Made by a program: the position numbers and the translations under genes. Below, one piece after another: positions 39,996 to 49,849 of a DNA stretch of 64,000 nucleotides. The stretch spans positions 32,001-96,000 of the forward strand of contig CAWIEK010000057.1 in assembly GCA_963835065.1 (NCBI GenBank), in the 5' to 3' direction. A model generated the notes under the pieces. The model saw only the letters and a program-made list of their open reading frames with translations. It had not been told where the DNA came from and did not search any database. Position 1 is the first letter of the stretch; every line of letters begins with the position of its first letter. This DNA comes from an uncultured Chthonomonadaceae bacterium (GTDB lineage: Bacteria; Armatimonadota; Chthonomonadetes; Chthonomonadales; Chthonomonadaceae).

Positions 39996-41042
39996 TTATT
40001 CTACATGCGGTTTGCGGGCGATTTGTTCCAGTTCCATGGTCACATCGCCAAGCGCGGCTTCCAGGTCGGCGAGCAGGGGCGAGGAAGCGCGGGCAGCGGC
40101 TACGTCTTCCAGATCAATGACTGCGCGCAGTAAACATTCTTCGGTTTGATTGCCGATGACCTGCACGTTGCCCCAGGGGTCTATGACTTGCGAGTTTCCG
40201 CTGAACCCTTTGCCGCCCTCGAAACCGACCAGGCCGGAATACACGACCCACACATTATGCTCGTCGGCAATTCCGGGCAGCAGCACGTTCCAGCGCGCCA
40301 CGTTGCCCACATGCTGCCCGCCAAAATCGCGCCCCGGACTGGCGCTGATGATGTAAATCACCTGCGCCCCCTTTAATGCCGCCAGCATTGCCGTAACCGA
40401 GTGCCACACGTCCTCGCAAATCAGCACGGCAACGGTTCCAAACCGCGACGCAAACGCCCGCACCGTCCGCCCCCGCGACACAAACCGCTTCTCATCAAAC
40501 ACGCCATACGTCGGCAGGAAGAACTTGCGGTGAACGTGAGAAATCGCGGGTGTTGGGTGTTGGGTGTTGGGTATTGAGGATAATGATGAGTGCTGAGTGC
40601 TGAGTGATGAATGGGATTCTGATTTATCATTCATCATTCCGCGTTCAGCATTGTTCCCTTCTTCCTGACCCCTGGCCCCTGATCCCTGACCCCTTGTGAG
40701 CGTGGCATACAGTGCGCTGTTGAAATACTTGCCTTCGCCTAATTCGTAAAAGCCCAGGCAGATGTCGAGGATGGCGTCGGGGCGGGTGACGCGCTCGCGG
40801 TAAACGCGCAGCAAGTCGGCAAATAATTCTTCGCGCGTTTTGGCGATTTCGCGGACGCCGCCTTCCAGAAAATACCCGGACAGAACGGTTTCGGGCAGGA
40901 CAAGCACATCCGGGGCGGGGGCGTCGGCTTCCAACTGCGCGAACAGGTCGCCGATCCGGTTGAGATTGTACGCATAATCGCCCTTTTTCGGCTTAATTTG
41001 CGCTACGGCCACATTCACTTTCACGGTTGGTTCCCTCCTCAC
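39996..41042 (-). CDS. Nitrilase-superfamily carbon-nitrogen hydrolase (stand-alone NAD-synthetase glutaminase-like) with repeat-derived insert
   Basis: E-K-C triad: LPETVLSGY, HRKFFLPTYGVFDEKRF, ICEDVW. Confidence 0.88.
   Translation of the reverse strand: MRREPTVKVNVAVAQIKPKKGDYAYNLNRIGDLFAQLEADAPAPDVLVLPETVLSGYFLEGGVREIAKTREELFADLLRVYRERVTRPDAILDICLGFYELGEGKYFNSALYATLTRGQGSGARGQEEGNNAERGMMNDKSESHSSLSTQHSSLSSIPNTQHPTPAISHVHRKFFLPTYGVFDEKRFVSRGRTVRAFASRFGTVAVLICEDVWHSVTAMLAALKGAQVIYIISASPGRDFGGQHVGNVARWNVLLPGIADEHNVWVVYSGLVGFEGGKGFSGNSQVIDPWGNVQVIGNQTEECLLRAVIDLEDVAAARASSPLLADLEAALGDVTMELEQIARKPHVE
40548..40693. repeat. In-frame composite heptamer element inside the nitrilase gene
   Basis: Coding strand (GGTCAGG)4-(TGATGAA)4-(TCAKCAC)4-(AACACCC)4. 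Confidence 0.95.
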
Positions 41043-41210
41043 GTCCTTCTGTACGCTTTACTGACGCCGCGCGGTTCAGGTTTCATTGTACCCCGAATTG
41101 GAAAGGACGGCGTTCAGGTGTTCGGTATTCGGATAGTTTGGCGATTTGCGCCGTATTTCATAATAGCAGGAGGACGCGCGATGTTCGACAGGAAAGTAAT
41201 TGGAGATAAG

Positions 41211-43454
41211 ATGTTTAGAAGGAAGCAATTTGTACAATTATCAATTCTGTTTCTGCTGACAGGAAGTTTGATGGCGGCAATTTTGTGCGCGGCGCGGGCG
41301 CAGTCGCCGCAGACGGTGAAAGCGTTTGAAACGGAAGCGCATGTCGGGCCGGTGGAAAAAGCGCTGGTGGGCGTGGAAGTGAGCCGTTTGGCGCAGAATG
41401 GCAATAGGGTTGTGCGGCATGGAAACGGAATTGTTATTCGCTGCGATGGGTTTGTGCTGACCGCGCAGGCGCTGTTTGGCGAAGTGGTGAACAGCGCGGG
41501 CCAGAATGTAACCGTGACTTTATTTCCCGGCACAAGCGAAGCAAGGCGCGTGACGGCGCGAGTCGTGGGCGCGGCAAACATGGCGCGGCGGGCGTTCGCG
41601 GGCAAGCCGGAACCGCTCGTCGTTCTTAAATTGGCGGATGTACACACGCCTGCCCTGCGCCTGCTCCTGCCGGATGCGCTGTCGGAAGAAAAGCAGGCGA
41701 CGTTAGCCTGGAGCGCATGGGATGAGGCCGGCGGAAAATTTCTGCCGATTCAAAAACGCGCCCTGGCGCTGTCGAACTCTGCGCGGCAGCGTTCCCAATA
41801 GCGGCAATCGTCTGCTGTTTGCGCAGGGCGAAGCGGTTCCGCTTCCCGGCGCTGTTGTTATTGGGCCGGAGGGCATGGGCATTGGCCTGATGACAACGAT
41901 TGCCGCTTCCGCGCCCGATGCCGCTTCTTTCGCCACGCTCAACTCCCTGACCAACTGCGTCACGCCCCAATCGGCAACAGACGCGCAATTCGCAAGCCTG
42001 CGCAGACAGGCAACAGAAGGCGAGGAAACGCAGACGCAAACCAAAGGCGGCGCGGAAACGGCAGCAGCAAATACCGAGGGAACGAACATCCGGGAACGAA
42101 CATCGGCGGCATGGTGCGCATTCCGGGCGGGACAGTGCGCCTGAACGCCCTGCTTCAGCAGTATCAGCCGGACATGGCGCGGCTGCACACGGCCTGCGTC
42201 GCGCCGTTCCTCATAGACCGCTATGAAGTAACCAACGCGCAGTATTGGAAGTTCTGGCAGGCGCTTTCGCACGAAGACCGGCAAAACCGCAAAGCCGAAT
42301 TGTACCCGCTTTCCTGGGCGGATAATCCAGCGCCGTTTCCAAAGGAACTGGATACTGTGCCTGTTCTGGGCGTTCCCCTCGCGGGGGCGCAGGCGTATGC
42401 GAAATGGGCGGGAAAGCGCCTGCCCACGCCGTATGAGTGGTGTTTGGCCGCGTTTGGGCCGGGTGGCGGCACGACCATGCCGGATTGGGTCAACCGCTAT
42501 GTGGCGGATCGGCAGGAAACCTGGAACCGGATCGTCACGGCGCATAATGAGTATGCGCGGCAAAACCCGGACGTTTTCAATACGGGAATGGAGAATGGCG
42601 CGAATGGCATTGCCGCGCAAACCCTGCTGCCCTGGCTGTTCTGGTATCCCTTCGAGGCGCAGCATACGCGCTGGTCGCATGACACGATCATGCGATTAAC
42701 CGCGCATTTGTGGAAGGATTGGATTGATCCGCAGCACATCCTGCCGGGCGGCAGCCGCAAGTTCGATGTCAGTCCCTATGGCGTGTCGGACATGATTTTC
42801 AATGGCGCGGAAATGGTGATGCCGGGTCAAGCATGGCCGGGCGTGGAAAACGGGCAAAGCGCGGACGGCTACATTCAGGTCGGCTTTCCCAATCTCAGCC
42901 CGGACGAACTGGCGAAATTGGGCGACATCCGGCAGTACGCGCCCCGCGCCGTCCGGCTGGAACCGGCGCCCCACTTCGTTGTTTTGCCGGAACCCCTGCT
43001 GTCGCGCCGTCTGCGCGGCCCGGTCACGCTGAACACAACGGACGGCGGCATTTACGCCGAATACATGAACGTCAGCGCGAACCTGCGCGAAGTGTCCGAT
43101 ATGATGGCCCCCGTCGGCAGTGGCGTTGTTGGCATTGCGCCCGGCCCGCAGCGTTTGTGGCCGGACTATGGCTATCTCACGCCCGCGTACCGGGAAGAAA
43201 ACGCGGCGGACGCGCGGCAGCGCTACGGGCCAGGGTTTGCCCCCGAACCTTTCCATGATAACGCGGGGAAAATTCACATTTCCTTTGAAGATGCCGCGTG
43301 GTATGCGCTCTGGAAAACAACCGTTCTGCCCACGCATCGAGAAATGGGCCGGGACGTGACCACCATGCCCCTCGCCGCGCCTCCCCTTGCGCGTGAGCAA
43401 GACCCGACCCTTTCCACCTACCTCGTTCCCGGCGGCTTTCGCTGCGTTCGCTAA
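41211..43454 (+). CDS. Secreted degenerate trypsin-like plus FGE-sulfatase (SUMF1/EgtB) domain protein (frameshifts near 41790 and 42095)
   Basis: HGNGIVIRCDGFVLTA; FLIDRYEVTNAQY, AYAKWAGKRLPTPYEW, SPYGVSDM, GFRCVR. Confidence 0.7.
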
Positions 43455-43514
43455 CCGCCAGAAACAATCCCATTCCAACAAGGTGAAATTTACTTTATTG
43501 AAATGGGATGGGCT

Positions 43515-44840
43515 TTAGAATCGGAACAGGGCGGCTATGGTGGCATTGTCCGGCATGGTTTCGGGGGGCAGCGCGTACACCGTTCCGCTGTGTAGCAACA
43601 CCTGCATGGCCGCGAAGTTGATTAATTCCTCATCCCCGGCTTCCCGCGTTTCGTGCCGGGATACTTGATTGGCTTCGGCATCGAACAGCCCGTAACACTC
43701 CGCGCCAATGGCTGTGAACAGCGTATCCACGCGCCCGAACGCGGCGGCGGACACGATTTCTTCCAGCGATTGCGAAGTGAGGTTGTCAATGGCTTTGGCT
43801 TCCCCGTAGCGCGTCAGCGCGTTTTCCTGCGCCGCGAGGAAAAAAGGCTGCACGAGCGGCCAGGCGCGGTCATGCAGTTCCTGCGCGGACAGTTGCTTGG
43901 GAGTGCCATAAATACCCTCCTCCACGAGATGCTGATAGGTGTTGGACTTGCGATAAATGGGCAGTTCGTACTCCACGCCGGCCAGCACGAGCGGCGCGGT
44001 CTCGTTTTTCAGGTAGGGGTGCAGTCCCTTGTCTACCATGTGGAAAAAGCGGTACAGGCGATCCGCCGTATCTTCGGGAGCCTGGCTGTGCCCGTGAAAC
44101 TGCTGCCCTGCCCCGAAAGCGTTGTTGCGGTTAAAGGCGTGGCGTTCCGGCTCTTCATTCAGCGCTTCGTTCATATCGCCGGGCACATTTTCCAGATGCA
44201 CTTCCTGCAAGCCCGTCCGGTTGCCGCGCAGCAGGCGAATGTTGTTCTGGCCCAGCGTCAGCACGTAAAACCGCCCGTCGCCATTTAGCAGGGGAAGCAG
44301 GGGCTGAATCTGGAAGTGGTCGTTGACCAGCGCCAGATCGGTAAAGGGCTGCGCGACGCGGTACGCGCGAAACAGTTCCGGGGAGCGGAACACGGCGAGT
44401 CCTTCATTGGTGGCTTGCCAGAAGGCGCGGTGTTCCAGCAGTTCCTGCACGGGAACGAGCAATTCCCGCGCCTGATCCGCGTCCATGCCGAGCGTCACCA
44501 GTTGTTTTTCCGCCGAGCGCAGCAGGTTCTTGAATTCGGTCAGGTTCTGGGCGATATTGCCTGCGGGCTGCGTGGACATGTGGATGGACACGCAAACGCG
44601 CGTGGTATCCGCCAGCAGGGTTTTGAGTTCCTCCTGATTGAAGGTATCCACTCTGGGGCTGCCGCTATGCGTGGCGGAGTCGCCGTCCGCTTCCGTAAAT
44701 ATCCCCTGTTCGTCCGCTTCCGCCGCTTCCCGGTCGCGCTCATGACGCTCATGGCGTCCCGCCCGCGTATCGCTATGGCCGGGAGCCTGTTTGTCCAGTA
44801 TCTGAGGCACTTTGGATGGGCTTCTTCTTGATTCCGACAT
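43515..44840 (-). CDS. Bacterial archaeo-eukaryotic release-factor-like protein (baeRF3/7 type)
   Basis: CVSIHM, GLAVF, FQIQPLLP, FYVLTL, PLVLAGV, AAAFGRVDTLF, GTVY, IAALFRF. Confidence 0.82.
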   Translation of the reverse strand: MSESRRSPSKVPQILDKQAPGHSDTRAGRHERHERDREAAEADEQGIFTEADGDSATHSGSPRVDTFNQEELKTLLADTTRVCVSIHMSTQPAGNIAQNLTEFKNLLRSAEKQLVTLGMDADQARELLVPVQELLEHRAFWQATNEGLAVFRSPELFRAYRVAQPFTDLALVNDHFQIQPLLPLLNGDGRFYVLTLGQNNIRLLRGNRTGLQEVHLENVPGDMNEALNEEPERHAFNRNNAFGAGQQFHGHSQAPEDTADRLYRFFHMVDKGLHPYLKNETAPLVLAGVEYELPIYRKSNTYQHLVEEGIYGTPKQLSAQELHDRAWPLVQPFFLAAQENALTRYGEAKAIDNLTSQSLEEIVSAAAFGRVDTLFTAIGAECYGLFDAEANQVSRHETREAGDEELINFAAMQVLLHSGTVYALPPETMPDNATIAALFRF

Positions 44841-45259
44841 ATCTTACTTCCTCATTTCTGATGCGCTTATTGTCTGATGCTTTTGCGTCGCAAACACTAC
44901 ACACCGCGCTCACAACTACAGGGATTGTGAGAGCAAGGCTGTGAAACCGACGGAAATAAGACTGACGCAAACAGGCCATTGGAAATCAACGTTTGTTTTA
45001 GCGCGGCCTATATAATTAGTCATTCTGAACCCCCCTGCGAATGTGAAACGCTTGTCTAATCCAGCCACAACTTCACGCGGCTTGTCCATCCACTAACTTT
45101 AGGCGGATACCTGTATGGGAAACATTCCATACGGGGAAGTAAGGCATAAGTTTGGCGACATTGAGCGAACTGATTCGATCTTTCTACAGACTGCCACATG
45201 GCGTCCTGATGATCGGTTTCGAGATCATTTGCGAGGAACTAACGGCTTCTATAGAAACT

Positions 45260-45303
45260 AAGAGGTCACAGGAAGATCATCGAAAAATCATGGGAAGATC
45301 ATT
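45260..45303 (+). promoter_or_regulatory. Four 11-bp-phased direct repeats (GGAAGATCAT-like)
   Basis: aagaggtcaca/ggaagatcatc/gaaaaatcatg/ggaagatcatt, ending 36 bp before ATG 45340. Confidence 0.5.
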
Positions 45304-45339
45304 TCAGAACACGTTTCAAGAAATCGTGAGGAGAACAGG

Positions 45340-45939
45340 ATGAAGACTCGAAACTTATGGGTGGCAACCGTACTTGCCGTTGGAATGACAGGCATCATCG
45401 GCTGCGGCAATAAAGGCGACGACACCGGTGGGAGCGGAACAACGGGCACGTCGGGCGGGGCGTCAGGCAGCGCGTCGGGCGGCAGCGGTTCCAGTGGCAG
45501 CAGTTCTACCGCAAGTGGCGGGTCAGGAACTTCCGGCGGTGGCGGCTCCACCAGCGCATCGGGCAGTGGCGGCGCGTCGGGCATGTCCGGCAGCAGCGGG
45601 GGAACTTCCGGCGGCAGTGGCGCATCCGGCAGCATGTCGGGCGGCAGTGGTTCCAGTGGCAACGCGGGCGGCATGTCCGGCGGCACGGGCAGTTCAGGCG
45701 GAATGTCGGGTGGCACAGGCAGCAGTTCCGGCACATCGGGAAGCGGCGGCACATCGGGCGGCATGTCGGGCGGTTCCGGCAGCGCGGGTGGCATGTCCGG
45801 TGGCGCGAGTGGCGGAACCGGAACCAGCGGCGGCACAACCGGCGGAGCCGGGGGCGGCATGAGCGGTGGCGGTTCCGGCAGTGGCAGCACGGGCAGTGGA
45901 AGTGGCGGCTCCGGTGGTGGGACGGGCGGTGGCGGTTAG
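45340..45939 (+). CDS. Gly/Ser-rich low-complexity lipoprotein
   Basis: Lipobox IIGC; mature part almost only G/S/T/A/M with recurring GGMSGG; GAGGAG RBS. Confidence 0.85.
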   Translation: MKTRNLWVATVLAVGMTGIIGCGNKGDDTGGSGTTGTSGGASGSASGGSGSSGSSSTASGGSGTSGGGGSTSASGSGGASGMSGSSGGTSGGSGASGSMSGGSGSSGNAGGMSGGTGSSGGMSGGTGSSSGTSGSGGTSGGMSGGSGSAGGMSGGASGGTGTSGGTTGGAGGGMSGGGSGSGSTGSGSGGSGGGTGGGG

Positions 45940-45965
45940 CGCTGATACCGTTTTCTGAACAGTCC

Positions 45966-46037
45966 GCATGAACTACGTTCACCTTGAAGCATGAACATGC
46001 CGAACACCGAACACCGAATACCAAACACCGGCATTTT
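45966..46037 (+). repeat. Family-C element (GCATGAAC units plus GAACACC heptamers)
   Basis: Homologous to the reverse complement of 55538-55611. Confidence 0.85.
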
Positions 46038-46632
46038 ATGAACAGTCCAGTGTTCTTTTCCGCGTTTCCAAACAGTGTCCGCAGGGAGTGATAATCACGC
46101 CTCTGCGGACGCTTTTTTCAGCGCCCTTATATCCAGCAAAGCGTGGTTTACCATGATTTTGCCCTGGCGCTTTGCCGCGTTTTTACCTGACAGTCCCCAT
46201 GAACTACAATACCCCTGCGGAAATGGACGCGCTGGCGCAGGCCGTCGCCCGTATCGCTGCCGGGTAGGATTACAAACAAGTTCTTAAATAGATTAGTCTC
46301 TACGCCCCCATTTGTTTACCATGTTCCTACCTCTCCCGGTATCCGCCGTAAGATATTGCGTCAGTGCCGCTTTTATAAATAGTCGACGCTACATGTGATT
46401 TCATAGCCATAAGCAAGTCAATGGTTTGGCGCAATTTGGGTTTATAAAACGATCATTCCCCTGACAACATTCGGCAGGCAGCAGGCAGGTGAGCGCATAC
46501 CTGCCGAATGTTCACGGATACCGGGACAGGATTCCGGTTTATCTACTATGGCAGGATAGTCGAATCGCTTGCCGTCCAAACAGCCAATGCTTTTGGAACG
46601 CGCAGGCAAAGGATTGAGAAAGGATTTTCTGA

Positions 46633-46981
46633 ATGGGAACGCGACGTAAATTGTGCGGGATGGTATGCCTTGCCGGCGCGCTTGGCTTCAGCCTGCTGTC
46701 GGGGTGCGATGGTCACTCCTCCAATAATGGCAGCACGGGCACAACCACCGGAACGAGTACAACTACCGGGACAGGCACAAGCAGTGGGACGGGCACAAGC
46801 GGCTCCGGTTCCTCCACAGGAACCGGCGGAACGTCCGGCACAGGAACTGGCACAGGAACCGGCACCGGGACGGGAACGGGTAGTGGAACCGGGACGGGCA
46901 GTGGCGGCACCGGCGGCACCGGACGGCAGTGGCGGCACAGGGTCAGGGACCGGCAGTGGCGGTTCCGGGGGAGGTGGTTAG
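46633..46981 (+). CDS. Gly/Thr-rich low-complexity lipoprotein (frameshift near 46920)
   Basis: Lipobox LSGC; (GT)n tract; shifted frame ends GSGGSGGGG*. Confidence 0.78.
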
Positions 46982-47163
46982 GAACTTTTACCAAAATAAG
47001 TGTTCCGGCTATAGACCGGTTGGCGCAACGCTCTGTAGACAGGGCGTTCACGACTTGCCAGGTGGAACGTTCATTTTGTTGAAAGTCTTAAAAAAGCGGT
47101 CTGCCGCGCGTTGGGCGGACCGCTTCAAACCCGGTTGCTTCAAGGCAGCAAAACACCGCAGTC

Positions 47164-49149
47164 ATGAAAAGAAAGGCAGTATTCAACATGCAAAAGCAAC
47201 ACACGCGACAGCACGGCTCTTCAGTCTTCGCGCTGCCGGGATTGGTGGCGTTGGGCTTGAGCTATCCGCAGTTGGCGCTCGCGCAAACCGATGCGGGCAG
47301 CCAGGCAGATCAAATCAAAACCCCCGCTTCCTCGCAAACTTCCGGCACTTCGGATAATCAAACTTCCGGCAAGGCTACGCCGCAAACATCCGGCCAGGCA
47401 TCGGGTTCGCAGTCGGGGCAGTCTTCGCCTGCCCAATCGTCGCAATCATCTCAGCAGTCACGGTCTTCGCAATCTACTTCACGGTCTTCTTCGCAGAACT
47501 CCTCACAGAACTCCTCGCAAAGCAATGGACGCTCCACGCAAGCCTCCGGCGCCGGTTCCTCTCAGAACGGAACCGTCTCCGGCAGTTCAAGCAGTTCCGG
47601 CCAGCAAGGGAACATGCAAATAGGCGGGCGACAGCGCATGAATAATGGAGCGGTGTCGCTGGCCGCGAATGGAGAGTTTGTGTATGTGATGCGCAGTGGA
47701 ACGGTTTATCAAATGCGCAATACGGACCTGTCCCTCGTGTCGCGGCGCAGCATAATGCCCGACGCTATGGGTGGCGCGGACAGCACGGGCGCGGGGGCAT
47801 CGGGAACAGGCAGTCCCGACAGCGGCGGGGGAACAAATGGCGGTTCGGGAACCGGAACTTCCGGCACTGGAACTTCCGGCGGAGCCACGTCGGGCGCGTC
47901 TTCGGCTTCCGGCGCGGATACGAACGGGACTGAGAGCGGAAGCGGGACAGGCAGCGCCGGCAATGCCACATCGGGAACCACGTCCGGGACAAATAGCGGC
48001 GCGAGCGCCGGGACAAATAGCGGTGCGAATACGGGTGCCAATGGCACGGGCAGCAGTGGCAATGGCGGCGGCAGCAACTCCTCGATCAGTGGCGGCGGAG
48101 CGCAGCAAGGCGGCGCTTCGGGTAATTCCGGCAATGGCCTGGGAAACAGTTCCGGTAATGGGCTGGGGCGTCAGAGCGGGGCGCAGCAGTCGTCCACCGG
48201 CAGCACAGGCTCCTCCGGGAACAGCATACACGCTTCGCAAGGCAGCCAATCCACCCGCGCCCATCGTTCCGTGTCCGGCTCTGGGAACCGCTCTGCGTCA
48301 CGGGGCAGTACGCGCTCCAACCGTATAGCCGGTGGCAGCGGCAATTATAACAGCAACAGCGATGCTTTTGGCAGCAGCAATGGAGCGGGTATGCAGGGCT
48401 ATCAAGGCAACACCTTCCATTCAGGATCAAACGGCGGGTCTGTGGCTATTGCCCAAACGACCGGCTTTCAGAGTAACAGCCGGGCGTCTGGAGGACAGAA
48501 CAGCGGGGGCCGCAACGGCCAGAATGGCGGCAGCGACCAGAACGCTAACAGCAGCGGCCAGAATAGCGGCCTGCAAAGCGGAAGCCAGAACAGCGGGCAG
48601 GGAATGTTCCGACAAAGCATGGATGGCATGGGCAGCGGCTTCGGCGGCGCTATGGGGATGAATGGCGTCTCGATGGTTGCCACAAGCGATTACATCTACG
48701 TGCTGCGCGGCAACATCCTGTACCAGTTGCGCGCGTCCGATCTCTCCACTGTTACTCAGCGCGACATTTCCCCGGCCATTCTTGAGCGTGAAGCCATGAG
48801 CTTGTCAAGTGGCAGCGGAACGGGCACATCCGGTACAGGGCAAAGCGGCACAGGAGCAGGAACAGGTAACGGTTCAGGAACCGGGACATCAAGAACCGGC
48901 ACATCCGGTGGTTCCGGCTCAGGAACCGGTAATGGTTCCGGCACGGGAACCGGCAGACAGGGCGGCTCAGGAGCCGGCACGGGAACCGGCAATGGTTCCG
49001 GTACGGGAAGTGGACGGGGAACCTCCGGCAGTGGAACCTCGGATAATGGTTCCGGCGGGAATACAGGAACTACCGGCGGAACAAATGAATCCGGCAGCGA
49101 AACCAACAATCCGTCTCCGTCAGCCTCAGTGAGCGAATCGGACGAGTAA
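47164..49149 (+). CDS. Large secreted Gly/Ser/Gln-rich protein with two copies of a short beta-rich motif
   Basis: Signal ...LGLSYPQLALA|Q; motifs VSLAANGEFVYVMRSGTVYQMRNTDL and VSMVATSDYIYVLRGNILYQLRASDL. Confidence 0.85.
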   Translation: MKRKAVFNMQKQHTRQHGSSVFALPGLVALGLSYPQLALAQTDAGSQADQIKTPASSQTSGTSDNQTSGKATPQTSGQASGSQSGQSSPAQSSQSSQQSRSSQSTSRSSSQNSSQNSSQSNGRSTQASGAGSSQNGTVSGSSSSSGQQGNMQIGGRQRMNNGAVSLAANGEFVYVMRSGTVYQMRNTDLSLVSRRSIMPDAMGGADSTGAGASGTGSPDSGGGTNGGSGTGTSGTGTSGGATSGASSASGADTNGTESGSGTGSAGNATSGTTSGTNSGASAGTNSGANTGANGTGSSGNGGGSNSSISGGGAQQGGASGNSGNGLGNSSGNGLGRQSGAQQSSTGSTGSSGNSIHASQGSQSTRAHRSVSGSGNRSASRGSTRSNRIAGGSGNYNSNSDAFGSSNGAGMQGYQGNTFHSGSNGGSVAIAQTTGFQSNSRASGGQNSGGRNGQNGGSDQNANSSGQNSGLQSGSQNSGQGMFRQSMDGMGSGFGGAMGMNGVSMVATSDYIYVLRGNILYQLRASDLSTVTQRDISPAILEREAMSLSSGSGTGTSGTGQSGTGAGTGNGSGTGTSRTGTSGGSGSGTGNGSGTGTGRQGGSGAGTGTGNGSGTGSGRGTSGSGTSDNGSGGNTGTTGGTNESGSETNNPSPSASVSESDE

Positions 49150-49305
49150 CCGGTCAACAGACAGGAACCCGCTTTTGCAAAGCGCGATTGTCCAACACTG
49201 TCCCGGCACACTCATCCATAATAGGTACGCCAAAACAAGCCAATGAAGGATTGAGTTACAAAGGCTTGGATTGTAGAATAACAGCAGGATTGATTTACTC
49301 ATTTC

Positions 49306-49341
49306 CGCCTTCCGGCAGAATTGCCGGAAGGCGAACTTTTT
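49306..49341 (+). terminator. Intrinsic terminator
   Basis: cgccttccggca-gaat-tgccggaaggcg followed by aacttttt. Confidence 0.7.
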
Positions 49342-49376
49342 CCCGTTTGTGTTTTTTCGGATAGGATAGGTTTCTC

Positions 49377-49604
49377 ATGCAGCAATTAGCGTGTGATGTT
49401 GTCGGCTGTGGCCGGCCTGCCGCCTGGGCGCGGGTAGCGAACGTACAGAAAATGCAGGAAGATTTTCTGTGTAACCATTGTTGGGCCAACCTGCGGGTTT
49501 CCAAGTTACGCGAGGCTGCGTGTTACATACCATGTGACTACGAACTGCCTGAATCTGCGTTTACCGCCTTGCGGGACAACGATGAAGTGATTTACATTCG
49601 CTAA
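49377..49604 (+). CDS. Small Cys-rich putative zinc-binding protein
   Basis: CDVVGC...FLCNHCW; GGATAGG upstream; hairpins on both sides. Confidence 0.5.
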   Translation: MQQLACDVVGCGRPAAWARVANVQKMQEDFLCNHCWANLRVSKLREAACYIPCDYELPESAFTALRDNDEVIYIR

Positions 49605-49656
49605 AGGAAATGTAAGCGCCGCTTCTTGCGAATTGTTTACGAAGACAGACAGAATC

Positions 49657-49689
49657 AACAGACCTGCGGGAATTTCCCGCAGGTCTGTT
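49657..49689. terminator. Perfect hairpin between convergent genes
   Basis: aacagacctgcggga-att-tcccgcaggtctgtt. Confidence 0.7.
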
Positions 49690-49849
49690 AGCTGCGCGTA
49701 AAATGCGCGCAAGCACAGATGTCGAACCTCTAGCGCATCACGGCATAAATACGCCGGTAGTTCTTTCGTCCGCAGGACGATTGGCCGAATGCCCGCGTAA
49801 CCGGTATTTTATATACCGGTTACTACGGGCAGACTTACGCCGCAGTGTA

